64,000 nucleotides of DNA from Candidatus Atabeyarchaeum deiterrae (lineage in GTDB: Archaea; Asgardarchaeota; Atabeyarchaeia; Atabeyarchaeales; Atabeyarchaeaceae). A program made the translations under genes and the position numbers. The DNA lies in assembly GCA_037310415.1 (NCBI GenBank), contig CP147780.1, positions 448,001 to 512,000 on the forward strand, in the 5' to 3' direction. Shown in pieces: positions 34,254 through 45,576 of this stretch. Each line of letters starts with the position of its first letter. Within the stretch, counting starts at the first letter, position 1. The notes below the pieces were generated by a model. It worked only from the letters and a program-made list of their open reading frames with translations, was not told the DNA's origin and made no database searches.

Positions 34254-35573
34254 ATGAGCTTTGATCAGATGAATGGTGCTAGAAGGACACATTTCTCAAC
34301 AGAAATAACTCCTTCATTGCACGGTTTGGAGATCGTTGTGGCAGGTCATGTCAATAGGATTCGGGATATCGGAAAAGTCAAATTCATTGAACTACGCGAT
34401 AGGGATGGTCAACTTCAGATTACTGTCTTGTCTGAGAAGATTGGAAAAGAAATGTTGCTTAAAGTCAAGCAGATAGGGAACGAATTTGTTGTGATGGTCA
34501 GAGGGGTAGTTAATGCCAATCCCAAAGCTCCCCGTGGTGTAGAAGTACTTCCTTCCGACATCAAGATTCTGAATTCAGCCAGATACCCTCTACCGCTAGA
34601 CCCCACAGGGGCAGTACCTGCTGATATTGACACGAGGCTTAATGCGAGAGTTCTTGACCTCAGGCGCCCCAAACCTCATGCCATATTCAAAATGCAACAC
34701 GTTTTGCTACAGTCCATTCGACGATTTCTCTCTTCGAAAGGGTTCATTGAAATAGACACACCGAAACTAATAATCAGCGCAACGGAAGGTGGTACGCAAC
34801 TTTTCCCTGTAAGATACTTCGAGAAAACATGCTACTTGAGACAATCTGCCCAACTCTACAAAGAACAACTCTCAAGCGCGTTTGACAAAGTTTTCGAAAT
34901 CGGACCAGTCTTCAGAGCCGAGGAACACGACACTACGAGGCACCTCAACGAACTAACCCAAATTGATATTGAAGCCGCATTCATGGACTACGATGACGTT
35001 ATGAAAATACTTGAGCAGATGATAATCGAATCTCTGAAAGAAGTAACGACAAGTTGCTCTCAGGAATTTGCGACACTTGAGAAGAAGATCAACTTGCCAA
35101 CCACTCCATTCAAGAGAGTCACTTATACGCAACTCGTGGACGAGTTGGAATCACTCGACATGGAAATCGAATGGGGCCAGGATCTTGAGCTTCAGCATCT
35201 AAAAGCAATAAGTGGAAAAATCTCAGAGTTCTTTTTCATCAAAGAATGGCCAACCAAGTTGAAACCGTTCTACATCAGACCTAAGAAAGGCGATGAGAGT
35301 GTAAGTGAATCATTTGACCTCCAATTTGGCTGGCTTGAGCTTGCAAGTGGTGGAACAAGAATTCACGAGGAAGAATTGTTGGTCGACAGGCTCAGAGAAC
35401 AAGGACTCAAAACTACAAATTTCAAGGATCATTTGCGGGCATTTGAAGTCGGTATGCCGCCTCATGCCGGATGGGCGGTTGGACTGGCAAGACTTCTAAT
35501 GGCGATAACTGGGGCCGAAAACATAAGAGAATGCGTACTATATCCGCGTGATAGAGAGAGACTTACGCCTTGA
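34254..35573 (+). CDS. aspS: Aspartyl-tRNA synthetase (archaeal type)
   Basis: OB-fold, TEGG..LF, QS.QLYK, FRAE, GMPPHAG..GL.R, YPRD..RL.P. Confidence 0.95.
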   Translation: MSFDQMNGARRTHFSTEITPSLHGLEIVVAGHVNRIRDIGKVKFIELRDRDGQLQITVLSEKIGKEMLLKVKQIGNEFVVMVRGVVNANPKAPRGVEVLPSDIKILNSARYPLPLDPTGAVPADIDTRLNARVLDLRRPKPHAIFKMQHVLLQSIRRFLSSKGFIEIDTPKLIISATEGGTQLFPVRYFEKTCYLRQSAQLYKEQLSSAFDKVFEIGPVFRAEEHDTTRHLNELTQIDIEAAFMDYDDVMKILEQMIIESLKEVTTSCSQEFATLEKKINLPTTPFKRVTYTQLVDELESLDMEIEWGQDLELQHLKAISGKISEFFFIKEWPTKLKPFYIRPKKGDESVSESFDLQFGWLELASGGTRIHEEELLVDRLREQGLKTTNFKDHLRAFEVGMPPHAGWAVGLARLLMAITGAENIRECVLYPRDRERLTP

Positions 35574-35652
35574 AGAAGCCTGATACCAAAAAAGCTACTT
35601 TACAGTCCATCAATATCCATCTTGATGGGGATAGAACACGAATTCGCGACTG

Positions 35653-35814
35653 CTACTTGGTAAGTTCCCGTTTCTTGAGCCGAAGATCTTCCCTGCGGCA
35701 ATTGCGGCATCTCTTTGACGTAATAGGGTTCCTCGAGCCACAATATCTGCACACCTTGTAGTAGAGCAGATGATGTGCTGCAAGTCTTTTCTTCTCAGGA
35801 TCGCTTATGGGCAT
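35653..35814 (-). CDS. rpl40e: Ribosomal protein eL40 (not in the ORF track)
   Basis: MPISDPEKKRLAAHHLLYYKVCRYCGSRNPITSKRCRNCRREDLRLKKRELTK. Confidence 0.93.
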   Translation of the reverse strand: MPISDPEKKRLAAHHLLYYKVCRYCGSRNPITSKRCRNCRREDLRLKKRELTK

Positions 35815-35899
35815 CGCAAGCCACCTTCAGCCGCTGTCCTCGAATTCAATTCATTTTATGGAGACGGTAATTAGGCTCAATCCATTATAAAACCTTTCG

Positions 35900-36763
35900 T
35901 TATTTCTTGAGCAGCTTAGCTACCTCAGAAGGCCTACTTGCAACCTTCACCGAGGCTTCTTCAAGTGCCTTGATCTTTGCTTCTGCTGTTCCAGTGCTAC
36001 CGCTGATGATCGCGCCAGCATGTCCCATTCTCTTTCCTGGAGGAGCTGTCTTGCCTGCGATGAAGGCTACGACGGGTTTTTCAAACCCAGTGTCCAAGAC
36101 GTACTCAGCGACTCTCTCTTCAGCATCCCCACCTATTTCACCAATCATGACCACACTCTCAGTTTCATTATCTTCTCTGAAGATTTCCATTGTTTCCACA
36201 AAGTCAAGACCAATTACAGGGTCTCCACCCATCCCCAAGCACGTTGACTGTCCAAGACCCGAGTTTGTCAGGTTTGCCGCAATCTCGTATGTCAGAGTTC
36301 CAGATCTACTTACTAAACCGACGCTTCCCCTTTTGAATACGTGACCTGGCATTATCCCAAGTTTGCATTCATCAGGAGTAATGATCCCAGGCGTGTTCGG
36401 TCCGATTATTCTTGTTCCTTTCTCCTTTCCGACTTTGACTATGATCATTTCATCATGCACGGGAATTCCTTCAGTTATTATCACAACTGGATTCATTCTG
36501 GCTTCAATGGCCTCTAAAGCAGCGTCCTTTGCAAAGGGAGCTGGAACGAAGATGATTGAAGCATTAGCATCATGTTCCTCAAGCGCTTCCAGCGCCGAGT
36601 CATAGACAGGTACGCCTTCAATTGCACTCCCACTCTTGCCAGGCGTTACTCCTGCGACAATCCTTGAACCATATTCTAGCATAAGTTTAGTGTGGAAAAC
36701 CCCTTGGCGACCAGTTATTCCCCAAACTATTGCCTTAGTGTTCCTGTTTACAAGTATAGCCAT
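35900..36763 (-). CDS. sucD: Succinyl-CoA synthetase alpha subunit
   Basis: [32 protein letters not shown]. Confidence 0.95.
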   Translation of the reverse strand: MAILVNRNTKAIVWGITGRQGVFHTKLMLEYGSRIVAGVTPGKSGSAIEGVPVYDSALEALEEHDANASIIFVPAPFAKDAALEAIEARMNPVVIITEGIPVHDEMIIVKVGKEKGTRIIGPNTPGIITPDECKLGIMPGHVFKRGSVGLVSRSGTLTYEIAANLTNSGLGQSTCLGMGGDPVIGLDFVETMEIFREDNETESVVMIGEIGGDAEERVAEYVLDTGFEKPVVAFIAGKTAPPGKRMGHAGAIISGSTGTAEAKIKALEEASVKVASRPSEVAKLLKK

Positions 36764-36772
36764 GGGATCTGC

Positions 36773-37927
36773 TCACCTCGTTAATTCGCGCTTTACGCCG
36801 CAGATTTCAACAGCTTTCTTGGCTACATCTTCCATTGTGTCCAAGAAATCTATGCCAGCCTCGTTGAGGATCTTCTTTCCTTCCAATTCATTGGTACCGA
36901 CCATTCTTACTACTAGAGGGATTCCGATTCTTACTTTGTTCTTGGCTTCAACAATGCCACGAGCCATTTCATCGCAGCGAGTTATTCCCCCCAGAATATT
37001 GATCAAAACAACCTTAGCATTGGGGTGTGAAGTTACTATTTGCAGTGCCTTGAACATTCTTTCCGAAGTAGCTCCACCGCCTACATCAAGAAAGTTTGCC
37101 GGCCTCCCACCAAATAACCCGACCATATCAAGGGTTGCCATTACCAGTCCTGCCCCATTTCCAATGATCGATACCTCGCCTTCCAACTCAACATAGGACA
37201 TTCCAGCTTCTCTTGCTGCCTCCTCGCGTTCGTTCAACTCGCCGCCGACAGCGACCCTTGACTCCAAGTCCTTGTGGCGGAATAGCGCATTGTCATCGAT
37301 ATTCAATCGAGCATCTGCCGCGATGAAGTTGCCTTCGCTGGTTCTGACATAGGGGTTTGACTCGACAAGTTCGGCATCGTAATCCCGCATTATCTTCCAG
37401 AGATTCAGAATGACTTTCGAAACCTCAAGCATGTCCTTGCCCGCGAGCCCAACATTCTTGGCTAAGAAGCGTGACTCAAATTCACACATCCCGATCGCGG
37501 GGTCAATATAGATCCTTTTGACATTTTCAGGAGACTTCTTTGCAACCTCTTCGATGTCCATTCCCCCCATTGAACTGGCGAGAGCTATTGGTCTTCTTCT
37601 TGAACGGTCTATAGTAATCCCGAAGTAGAATTCATGATTGATTTTCAGCTTCTCCTCGACCAAAATGCCGTTTATAGATAACCCTTGGATCTTGGCTCCA
37701 AGCATTTCGCGAGCCAGTTCCCCCGCTTCTTCAGGTGTGTTGGCGAACTTAATTCCTCCTGCTTTTCCCCTCCCGCCTGCAAGTACCTGCGCTTTCAGAA
37801 CAACAGGGCACCCTATCTCCTCGGCAAGTCTCCTAGCATCTTCCGACCTACTTGCATAGCCTCTCCTGGGAACTCTAACTCCATACTTTTCAAACACTGA
37901 CTTGGCCTCATATTCAAGGAATCTCAC
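36773..37927 (-). CDS. sucC: Succinyl-CoA synthetase beta subunit
   Basis: [36 protein letters not shown]. Confidence 0.95.
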   Translation of the reverse strand: MRFLEYEAKSVFEKYGVRVPRRGYASRSEDARRLAEEIGCPVVLKAQVLAGGRGKAGGIKFANTPEEAGELAREMLGAKIQGLSINGILVEEKLKINHEFYFGITIDRSRRRPIALASSMGGMDIEEVAKKSPENVKRIYIDPAIGMCEFESRFLAKNVGLAGKDMLEVSKVILNLWKIMRDYDAELVESNPYVRTSEGNFIAADARLNIDDNALFRHKDLESRVAVGGELNEREEAAREAGMSYVELEGEVSIIGNGAGLVMATLDMVGLFGGRPANFLDVGGGATSERMFKALQIVTSHPNAKVVLINILGGITRCDEMARGIVEAKNKVRIGIPLVVRMVGTNELEGKKILNEAGIDFLDTMEDVAKKAVEICGVKRELTR

Positions 37928-38197
37928 ATTGACCGCCTCACATCAGGGGACTCGTGAGTCAAATTCATCTTTAGGAAGGATACTTCATCTTCGTGCTTGC
38001 TAACACATGTTGTCATTGCGTTTTTTAAGTTTTTACTTAACGTCATTTCTATCTGCCGAACACTTGGTAGTTCCGCTATCTTTATAAATAAGGCAATCAT
38101 TAACCAAAATCGTCCAACACTACAGGCATCTTTGTGCTTTAGCTGCAACGATGTCCAGAGTTAGAGAGGGAAAGTAACAAAAGGTGAGAATCGCAAA

Positions 38198-38482
38198 ATG
38201 TCCAGAAAATCCGAAGAGAATACAGTATTCGTCGGAACCAAGCCCCCTATGAATTATGTCCTCGCTGCTATCACATTATTTCACGACAACGCGAAGCAGA
38301 TTAGCATAAAAGCGCGGGGACGAGCGATTAGTCGTGCGGTAGACGTAGCGGAGATAGTACGCAATAGATTCATGTCTGACGTTAAAGTCAAGGACATCTT
38401 GATCGGGACTGAGCAAATAACAGGGGAGCAAGGAAACAAGATTAGTGTGAGCACGATTGAGATAACGATGGCCAAGGACTAG
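38198..38482 (+). CDS. albA: Chromatin protein Alba
   Basis: [24 protein letters not shown]. Confidence 0.96.
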   Translation: MSRKSEENTVFVGTKPPMNYVLAAITLFHDNAKQISIKARGRAISRAVDVAEIVRNRFMSDVKVKDILIGTEQITGEQGNKISVSTIEITMAKD

Positions 38483-38633
38483 ACAAGAGAGAGACCATTG
38501 TCCCCAATCTTTTCATCCCCCTTTTTTGCCTTTTGTTTGGACTCTTTCTCTTAGTAAAGTTTTTATTGTGGGGGATTTATCCCGTACGTAGTTTACGGTT
38601 GGTAACAATACTGCCTGAGATGTATAACCTAAA

Positions 38634-39140
38634 ATGAAGACTCCAATCTGCACCATTGACATCAAAAGTGGCTTCCTATGCGGCAGATGCCAGGACAAGC
38701 TGGAAAAGGGTTTGATTACTCAGCTGGACATAGACATGGCTAAAGAGCTTCTTTCTCTCGAAGACAAAAACCCTAGTCTGAAAGACGTTGAATTCAAGAG
38801 AGCAGTAGATACTGGTCAGATGGTAATAGTGATAGTTGGGCAAGGCAATCTTCCTGAGGCACTAACATCAAAGGGCAAAGTAATCAAAGAGCTTGAGAAA
38901 AGACTTAGTAAAAAGATTAGGGTAATAGAAGAGAACTCCAACATTAGAAGAACTATAGAAGACATGGTGACTCCGGCAGCAGTACTGGGGATTAATACGC
39001 TTTGGCTTCCTGACGGAAGTCTCGAGAAGAAGGTGCGGCTCAGCGCCAATGACTCCAAGAAGTTACCTGCCGATATTCAGGTACTAGAAGAAGCCGTTAA
39101 GTCCCTTACCAGAGAAAGAATAAGAATAGTATTTGAGTAG
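38634..39140 (+). CDS. NusA-like KH-domain protein with N-terminal Cys motif
   Basis: PIC..D.KSG.LC..C, G.VIKELEK.L.KKIRVIE, VLGIN..W.PDG. Confidence 0.8.
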   Translation: MKTPICTIDIKSGFLCGRCQDKLEKGLITQLDIDMAKELLSLEDKNPSLKDVEFKRAVDTGQMVIVIVGQGNLPEALTSKGKVIKELEKRLSKKIRVIEENSNIRRTIEDMVTPAAVLGINTLWLPDGSLEKKVRLSANDSKKLPADIQVLEEAVKSLTRERIRIVFE

Positions 39141-39339
39141 TCAATCTTTATCCAATGCTAAGCAGCGTGCTTTGCATGTTCAAGGGTAATGTTTGCGTGA
39201 ACCTGAATGCCGCAGGTTTGGTTTTCAAATGGCCTTTTTACGAAAGGAGACACCGAGTGCGCAGCAAACGCTCCTTTGGAAAACCAAAGGGTATCTGATG
39301 GAAGAATCAAGAAAAATAGTATGCACATGCGTCAGCTCT

Positions 39340-39470
39340 GGGCGGGTGATCTAGTCTGGTTATGATGCCACGCTCACACCAATCCAAAAAGGGAGCATAC
39401 CGTGGATGGACAAGCCTCAATCGAGGCTGCTCAACGACTGTCGAGAGTTCGAATCTCTCCCCGCCCACCA
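39340..39470 (+). tRNA. tRNA-Val(CAC) with 2 introns (39378-39398 at 36/37, 39407-39438 at 44/45)
   Basis: 131 minus 21+32 gives a 78-nt cloverleaf; BHB GCTC/GAGC. Confidence 0.9.
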
Positions 39471-39540
39471 ACACATCTTAAATAACCTTACCAGATATTC
39501 ATCTTATCCTGAAAAACCAAGTTCATTTGGAGGTAACCAA

Positions 39541-39741
39541 ATGCCTAGAGAACTTCGTGAAGAGGAAGTTGACAAGTTTGTGCAGTTGTCAAAAGAAGCT
39601 GCTGAATGCCGAGTCAAGCGCGTTGGCGAGGTAGTCAAACTGAAGCTAAGAACTAATAAATACATGTACACCATCAAACTCAAACCCGAGAAAGCCGAAG
39701 AGATTGTGAAAAAACTGGGTTGCTCGGTGGTCGAGACATAG
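39541..39741 (+). CDS. rpl38e: Ribosomal protein eL38
   Basis: MPREL...F...A....VK......KLKLRT.KY.YT. The ORF-track extension overlaps the tRNA. Confidence 0.9.
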   Translation: MPRELREEEVDKFVQLSKEAAECRVKRVGEVVKLKLRTNKYMYTIKLKPEKAEEIVKKLGCSVVET

Positions 39742-39807
39742 TCATTGACGAATTGAAATTGAAGCCATCTCCATCCGATGATTCGAATAACAGAATTCGA
39801 CTGCTTC

Positions 39808-40710
39808 TTAGAGAGAGAGGATCATGAATATTACTATTGGAATCGCACCTATCAGGCTTGTCAGTGGGAGACCTGGCAGGAATTCTCTCTTCTTGAGAAG
39901 TTGAAGTGTCAATAGGGAACCTGTGAAAACTCCTAACATAGAAAAAATACAGACAATCGGTCCGGTTTCTGGCCCAAATTGCGCCAATGCGAGCGAGACC
40001 AGCATTGAGTAAATCCCCAGGTCTCCGAGACCTATTTCCCAGTCACTTGAGACATAGCTTAAACCTGGGATATATTCCTCTTCTTCTTTTGAAACCTTTA
40101 CGATTTGTTTTATTGGGCCTCTTCTTACTGAGTATATGTCATAAATCGAGATACCCATTACCATGAGTAAGCCTGTCCACAAGGGAAGAGTCGTTCCAAG
40201 CAAGGTACCTATTGCCCCTCCGTATAGTAAGGATGCCGCGTTCTTTGCTCTTTGCGGCACTCGTGTGCTCAGTGTAGAGTAGATGAGAACAACGTTCAGG
40301 ACGAGACTAGAAGGTATTGCAACGACAAACGCTAGTTCTCCAGTTATTCCAGAGAAGAGAAATATAAGAGCACTCGCCAGAATGAGTGAGAATACGACGA
40401 ACCCAGCCAAAAGGAAACCGATTCCTATGAATACCTTGAGAAGAAGTCTCCTCCGCCTTCTTAACATGGCTAAGATTATTAACCCGCCTAGAAATGGTAA
40501 CACAGAGAGTATCACGGCGTTGACAGCGGCTGCTGCAATTCCACCCTGTGACTCGGAGATGAATCCAATCGTCGGCAGATAGATAGCGTTTATAGTTAGA
40601 AACGTAAAGACTGCTGAGAACACAATTGAAGCCATTATCGGTGTAAGGAATGACAACCGATAGTGACCTTTTCCGACTTTCTTGATAGCTTTTCCAGCTG
40701 GAATACTCAA
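39808..40710 (-). CDS. Presenilin-family intramembrane aspartyl protease
   Basis: LP.WT......ISIYD..V..GP, IGLGD, LPGLP (PAL-like); multiple TM helices. Confidence 0.9.
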   Translation of the reverse strand: MSIPAGKAIKKVGKGHYRLSFLTPIMASIVFSAVFTFLTINAIYLPTIGFISESQGGIAAAAVNAVILSVLPFLGGLIILAMLRRRRRLLLKVFIGIGFLLAGFVVFSLILASALIFLFSGITGELAFVVAIPSSLVLNVVLIYSTLSTRVPQRAKNAASLLYGGAIGTLLGTTLPLWTGLLMVMGISIYDIYSVRRGPIKQIVKVSKEEEEYIPGLSYVSSDWEIGLGDLGIYSMLVSLALAQFGPETGPIVCIFSMLGVFTGSLLTLQLLKKREFLPGLPLTSLIGAIPIVIFMILSL

Positions 40711-40808
40711 GGCAAACCATCTCTTTACGGATCCGCCAAGCTTAACAAGACAGATCTATTAGTAATATAAAGCTGGTGAGCATAGTACAACAAGGGGAAC
40801 CGCGATAA

Positions 40809-41132
40809 ATGGTCAAGTATTCTGCAAGCAGGCTACTAAAACTACCTGTTTTAGACGACCAAGGACAGAAAATTGGCAGATTGAGAGACATTGTCATAGA
40901 AACTCGTACGGGAAACCTGATTTCACTCATTCTCGACAAAGTGGATTCACAGGTTGCTGCAGAGATCACTCAACAGCTATCTACTGGTGAATCTGTGATA
41001 CCAGTCTCTATCGCAAAGTTCAACGAGGATTCTGTGACTGTAGACAGGAGAAAACTCAAACTTCTATTCTTGAAGAGGAATCTGAAAAAAAGGACTATCT
41101 CAGCCCAGACTCCCAGCAACGTATTGGATTGA
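40809..41132 (+). CDS. PRC-barrel protein
   Basis: S.L....V.D..G..IG...DI.I...TG. Confidence 0.85.
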   Translation: MVKYSASRLLKLPVLDDQGQKIGRLRDIVIETRTGNLISLILDKVDSQVAAEITQQLSTGESVIPVSIAKFNEDSVTVDRRKLKLLFLKRNLKKRTISAQTPSNVLD

Positions 41133-41149
41133 TCACAATTCGCATGTAA

Positions 41150-42421
41150 TCATAACTCGTAGGAGTCTCCATTGCTAGGGGCGATCGCCTCAATCCTCAG
41201 CTCAGTTCTTATTCTTTCTGCAAGAGACGTGCAAGCCTCTTCTTCCCCATGAACTACATAGACTTTGGCCGATGAATTCAATCCCTCCAGAATTCCCCAG
41301 AGTTCAGATCTTCCGCAATGACTTGAGAAGTCAAAGAACTTAACCTCGGACCTTGCCTTTCTCTTCTCTCCATTATTGGATATGTATGTCCCTGTTTCTA
41401 TTAGGCTCCTGCCAGTTGTTCCTGGTATTTGAAAACTGACCAAGAAGATACCGTTTTTCGAGTCTTGTGAGAGGGCGTTCAAGTAGTTCACAGCGGCGCC
41501 ACCATCAAGCATTCCGGCAGAGGCAACTATTATGCCTGGATTTGAAAGCGCTTTTTCTTTGTCTCTCCTGTCTCGAACCCAAGTCGCCCTATCCAAGGCA
41601 CGACGTAAAAGGGAGTAGTCCTTAACAAAGTCTGGATTACTCAGGATTATCTTGCTTGCAGCCCTAACCATGCCATCGATCGTTACGGGATAGTTCACGC
41701 CATACTTTTCCAGGACACAGAGAATTTCCTGCGACCTAGCGACGGCAAAAGCTGGAATCAGAACTTTCCCTTGACTCTCTTCCAATACTTCTCTAACCGA
41801 ATCGACGAACTCTCTCTCCGTATCTTTTCTCTTTGGATGGTCTTGAAGAGCATACGTCCCTTCAATCACGACTGCATCCATATCCGAGAGATCGATCTTA
41901 GCGCCTTCTAAGAGACCACTCTCAATAGTATTTATGTCACCAGTCACCAGAACTCTTTTGCCCTCGGTTTCGATTATGGTGGATATGCTTCCTGGAATGT
42001 GACCTGCGTCTGTAAACTTGAGATGGATATTGCCATTAGGGGTGGCCTCATCCCCGACCTTTACAGGATGGCTTCTATTTAACATCCTAGCTAACTCGTT
42101 TTCCTCAAACGGAAGCAACTCCCCGCTAAGGTTTATCTCATCAGTCAGAAGAAGTTCAGCAAGCTCCAGTGTCATCTGTGTAGCGTAAAGCTCCGTGTTA
42201 CCCGAAACGTAGAGCAATGGCATTGCACCGGAATGGTCAAGGTGAGAGTGAGTGAGAATGATGGCAGATATCTCACGAGGGTTGCACGGCAGTGGAAAAT
42301 GAGGAGCTCCACTCATATAGATTCCATAGTCAACTAAGACTGATTCATTGTTCGACCTTACCAGAACAGAGGACCCTCCTATGGTCCTGCATCCTCCCAA
42401 AAATCGTATTAACGTTTTTAT
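41150..42421 (-). CDS. MBL/beta-CASP family ribonuclease; start uncertain (ATA 42421 or TTG 42400)
   Basis: IRFLGG, LTHSHLDHSG, AGHIPGS, TGD, PAFAVARSQE, FSSH, VHGE. Confidence 0.9.
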   Translation of the reverse strand: MKTLIRFLGGCRTIGGSSVLVRSNNESVLVDYGIYMSGAPHFPLPCNPREISAIILTHSHLDHSGAMPLLYVSGNTELYATQMTLELAELLLTDEINLSGELLPFEENELARMLNRSHPVKVGDEATPNGNIHLKFTDAGHIPGSISTIIETEGKRVLVTGDINTIESGLLEGAKIDLSDMDAVVIEGTYALQDHPKRKDTEREFVDSVREVLEESQGKVLIPAFAVARSQEILCVLEKYGVNYPVTIDGMVRAASKIILSNPDFVKDYSLLRRALDRATWVRDRRDKEKALSNPGIIVASAGMLDGGAAVNYLNALSQDSKNGIFLVSFQIPGTTGRSLIETGTYISNNGEKRKARSEVKFFDFSSHCGRSELWGILEGLNSSAKVYVVHGEEEACTSLAERIRTELRIEAIAPSNGDSYEL

Positions 42422-42569
42422 GGGCCCCCTAGGTCGAACGATTCAAAGAATCCACAACAAGAATCACGGCAAACCTCGCTGGGGAAGCAAAGTTGTCGCT
42501 CGACTAATTAAACCTAGCTCCGAATCCAAATAAATATGTCTTAACCTCTACCTTCCGCAAGAAAAGAGA

Positions 42570-42579
42570 TAAGTTAATT
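42570..42579. repeat. Putative left att core TAAGTTAATT
   Basis: Identical to 50418-50427; coincides with the composition shift. Confidence 0.55.
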
Positions 42580-42703
42580 AAACGCTACTTTAAAGTTCCA
42601 TTCTCAAAACTTATTTGTCCTCTGGCTCATTCTCACTCCATAGAGGGACTTGTTATTGTAACAAATGTCTATCGACTATTCATTTGACGATTAGTGACAG
42701 TCT

Positions 42704-43117
42704 TCACCCCAAGAATGTAGTCCACACTCCCAAGGCAATCAAAGGAATTATCCAACCACCTAACCACTTATAGAATCCCCAAACCATACTTTTCCAGAAA
42801 CTCTCACTCCTATTGTGAGATAAGAGATTATACTTCCAAACAGAATACACAAATAGCAATAAACCAATTCCAGCCGTGCCCAAATAAAATATTAGCACAA
42901 GTTTTGAACCAAATGATTCAACCATCATTGGAAGCGTCATGAAAAGACTGCCAAGTAATGGTAAAACAATTCCAGTTGAAACATAGTATATAGTACCTGC
43001 AAAACTGTAAAGGCTACTAAGCAATGCTAAAGCTCCCACAATACTGGAAAGCCACCAGAATCTAGTTTCTTCCTGAAGCTTCTTCTTTTTCGTCTTCCTC
43101 TTTTTAGACGCATTCAT
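42704..43117 (-). CDS. Element membrane protein (3 TM)
   Basis: Basic N-terminus and hydrophobic segments. Confidence 0.65.
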   Translation of the reverse strand: MNASKKRKTKKKKLQEETRFWWLSSIVGALALLSSLYSFAGTIYYVSTGIVLPLLGSLFMTLPMMVESFGSKLVLIFYLGTAGIGLLLFVYSVWKYNLLSHNRSESFWKSMVWGFYKWLGGWIIPLIALGVWTTFLG

Positions 43118-43202
43118 TTTCCCTAATCCCCAATTACAGTTAGAGGAGGCTAGAGATATACCTTCCTAGCTATGGTACATTCCCCTCTCCCGCCTTTCGG
43201 CA

Positions 43203-43421
43203 TCAATGCTTTAGTGTCTCTTCGGCACATTTTCGTGCCTCGTCAGCTTTAATTTTCTTAATTTTCTGGAAAATCTGATTTCCCTTAAGATTAAGCGCCC
43301 TAATTTCAGAGATCGGTTTTCCTCTCTCCGTCGCCTTTAATGCTTCATTCTCAACCGACACATATTCATTATTCAACCTTTCAATTCTTTTACATTCATC
43401 TGACTTCTTATGTTGCGTCAT
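43203..43421 (-). CDS. Element hypothetical helical protein
   Basis: 72 aa; GGAGGAGGTGG SD upstream. Confidence 0.6.
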   Translation of the reverse strand: MTQHKKSDECKRIERLNNEYVSVENEALKATERGKPISEIRALNLKGNQIFQKIKKIKADEARKCAEETLKH

Positions 43422-43748
43422 ACTGTACCACCTCCTCCACCTCTATCAACCAAGGCTAGTATTGCTTGAAGATCATTTACGACTTTTTTCTTTTCACATT
43501 CAGATATAGAGGTTATCAGTCAGCTTATCGAAAGGGCTGATAACCGTGTACCGCCCTTCGACATCCTGACATCTAAGGTGTAATATCTCATGAGATAATT
43601 AATCCGAATAATCCGAAAATACCTAACCCCCTACCCGTCCCCTAAGTAATAACTAGCATAATAATAGCACCATAATGTACATGCCACATCATAACCTGAC
43701 AGCTTGGGGTGTAATTCCCTAGCGGGAATTTTCCGATTTATCCCCTAT

Positions 43749-43904
43749 TTAATTGAAAAATACCTTTGCCGTCCGACAGCCACATTCACACTTCAAGAAA
43801 ACCGTGTCCATCATCGAGCCCTTTTTGACATTGGCAATATTCATCCACCGCCCGCATCGATGGCATTCTACCAATAGAGTTGAATAGTCTTCCAAATCCG
43901 ACAT
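43749..43904 (-). CDS. Element zinc-ribbon microprotein (51 aa; not in the ORF track)
   Basis: MSDLEDYSTLLVECHRCGRWMN...FLKCECGCRTAKVFFN; SD upstream. Confidence 0.65.
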   Translation of the reverse strand: MSDLEDYSTLLVECHRCGRWMNIANVKKGSMMDTVFLKCECGCRTAKVFFN

Positions 43905-43949
43905 TATCCCCGCCTCCCCCTTTCCTTACCATATTCATCTCACCAATGA

Positions 43950-44390
43950 TCATTGAAGTGGAATTACCTTATCAGCAAATCTCTTACCCATCCGTATTAT
44001 GACTTTATTAACCAACAAAAGATAAGTTTTCAAAAACTCCGTATAATACCTTCTATTCGACTTATCATTCGCAAGATTATCTTGAAGTTCATTCCAAGAG
44101 CCTGTCAATGTCTTCATATCAGCCTTATCCTCGAGATACATGCAAGACTGTACCACATCAGTAAGCAACATTTCATCCAACTCAAGAAAAACATTGCCAT
44201 CATAGTTTACCTTACCATCCAAAACACTGTTTACAAATTCTATTTTATCTAGAACAGTATGAATTGCTTTGCACCAGCCGTCATAAATCCACAACTCATT
44301 CTTAATCATTTTAATGACATGATCAATTCTCTTTTTTAGAACCTTGTCGATATCCATGCTTCTCGCTTCCCAGTCATACCCAATGCACAT
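43950..44390 (-). CDS. Element hypothetical protein
   Basis: Open frame co-oriented with neighbours. Confidence 0.55.
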   Translation of the reverse strand: MCIGYDWEARSMDIDKVLKKRIDHVIKMIKNELWIYDGWCKAIHTVLDKIEFVNSVLDGKVNYDGNVFLELDEMLLTDVVQSCMYLEDKADMKTLTGSWNELQDNLANDKSNRRYYTEFLKTYLLLVNKVIIRMGKRFADKVIPLQ

Positions 44391-44413
44391 ACTCTATCAG
44401 TAATTCCGCTCCC

Positions 44414-45286
44414 TTAACCAAGATCAATATTGTGATCCAGTCTTAACCGTTTTACTACTTGTTTAGGTAATGCCCTGATAGCTACATCCCGATTCTTACC
44501 ACCCTTTGGAGGGATATAGACCTCACGATAAGCTGAGAATAACAATATCCCTTTTTGACCTTCATCCGCTTTAACGTATTTGTAATGCCAATCTTTTACA
44601 CCGACTTTTACACACGTCCCGAAACGATCCAGACTTTTCTTGAAAATAGGAGTTCTCTTAGAAGGCTCTTCTTCAGCTTGAGCATCGACCTTCTCTAGTT
44701 GTGCGCTCTGTGATGCTCTATCTTCTGAGATTAGCTTCTTCAATTCTGATCCCGACAACTTACAAGGCTCTTTTTCCTTCTCCCCCTTAGATTTTACATA
44801 ACACAGATAAAACGGTTTACCGCCTTTATGAGCTTCGACATTACAGTAACCACCATTAGCCCTAGCCCACTGATCCGCCAATGCCTTATTAGAAAATTCA
44901 CTATATGGCTTATCGACACGATCCAAACTAGGATCAGAGTGTTTACCTTCTTTCATCATCCGCCAGAGATTGAATGTCCTGACTTCGTCCCTAGGTACAC
45001 CCTTTAAATCCTTTCTTTCGTCACCTTCTTCAGTTAGCCAGTACCGCCAAGTTTTATACTTCTCAGCATATTTAGGATCATTTTTACACCCCTCATCAAA
45101 AATCGATTGTTTCCAAATTATATACTTTCTTGGTCTGATGTGTCCCCTGACTCCTTTGATAATCTTATTCGCTTTTATAAAATCCTTCTTTAGCTTCATG
45201 AACTCTCTGAGAGTCCTAGGATTCGGTACGCAGGCATCACTAACCTGCGGTATATCTAAACGTTTCAACTTTTTCACTTTCGACAT
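44414..45286 (-). CDS. Element basic hypothetical protein (possibly nucleic-acid binding)
   Basis: 290 aa, K/R-rich; GGAGGT SD. Confidence 0.7.
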   Translation of the reverse strand: MSKVKKLKRLDIPQVSDACVPNPRTLREFMKLKKDFIKANKIIKGVRGHIRPRKYIIWKQSIFDEGCKNDPKYAEKYKTWRYWLTEEGDERKDLKGVPRDEVRTFNLWRMMKEGKHSDPSLDRVDKPYSEFSNKALADQWARANGGYCNVEAHKGGKPFYLCYVKSKGEKEKEPCKLSGSELKKLISEDRASQSAQLEKVDAQAEEEPSKRTPIFKKSLDRFGTCVKVGVKDWHYKYVKADEGQKGILLFSAYREVYIPPKGGKNRDVAIRALPKQVVKRLRLDHNIDLG

Positions 45287-45576
45287 ATGCTTACTACCTC
45301 CCGATCCCCCTTCTCCTATTCTACCCTATCCCCCTTGATGTAAGGGATTGATGTAAGGGTTCAATCGCTAGGGGATTGATGTGTCCCTTAACCCCAACAA
45401 TCCTCTTGAGGATAATCGAGAAGAAAAGAGAAAGATTATCCTAAAGAAAGAATAGAAAGAAAGGGTTTTGAAAGAGAAAAGAAATGATATTTCCTTTCTT
45501 TTTCTTTTACTTGTTTTTGAATAATCACCTTGTTTTAGTTTCTCTCATACCTCCCTCAAAGGAAAGAAAAAGAAAA

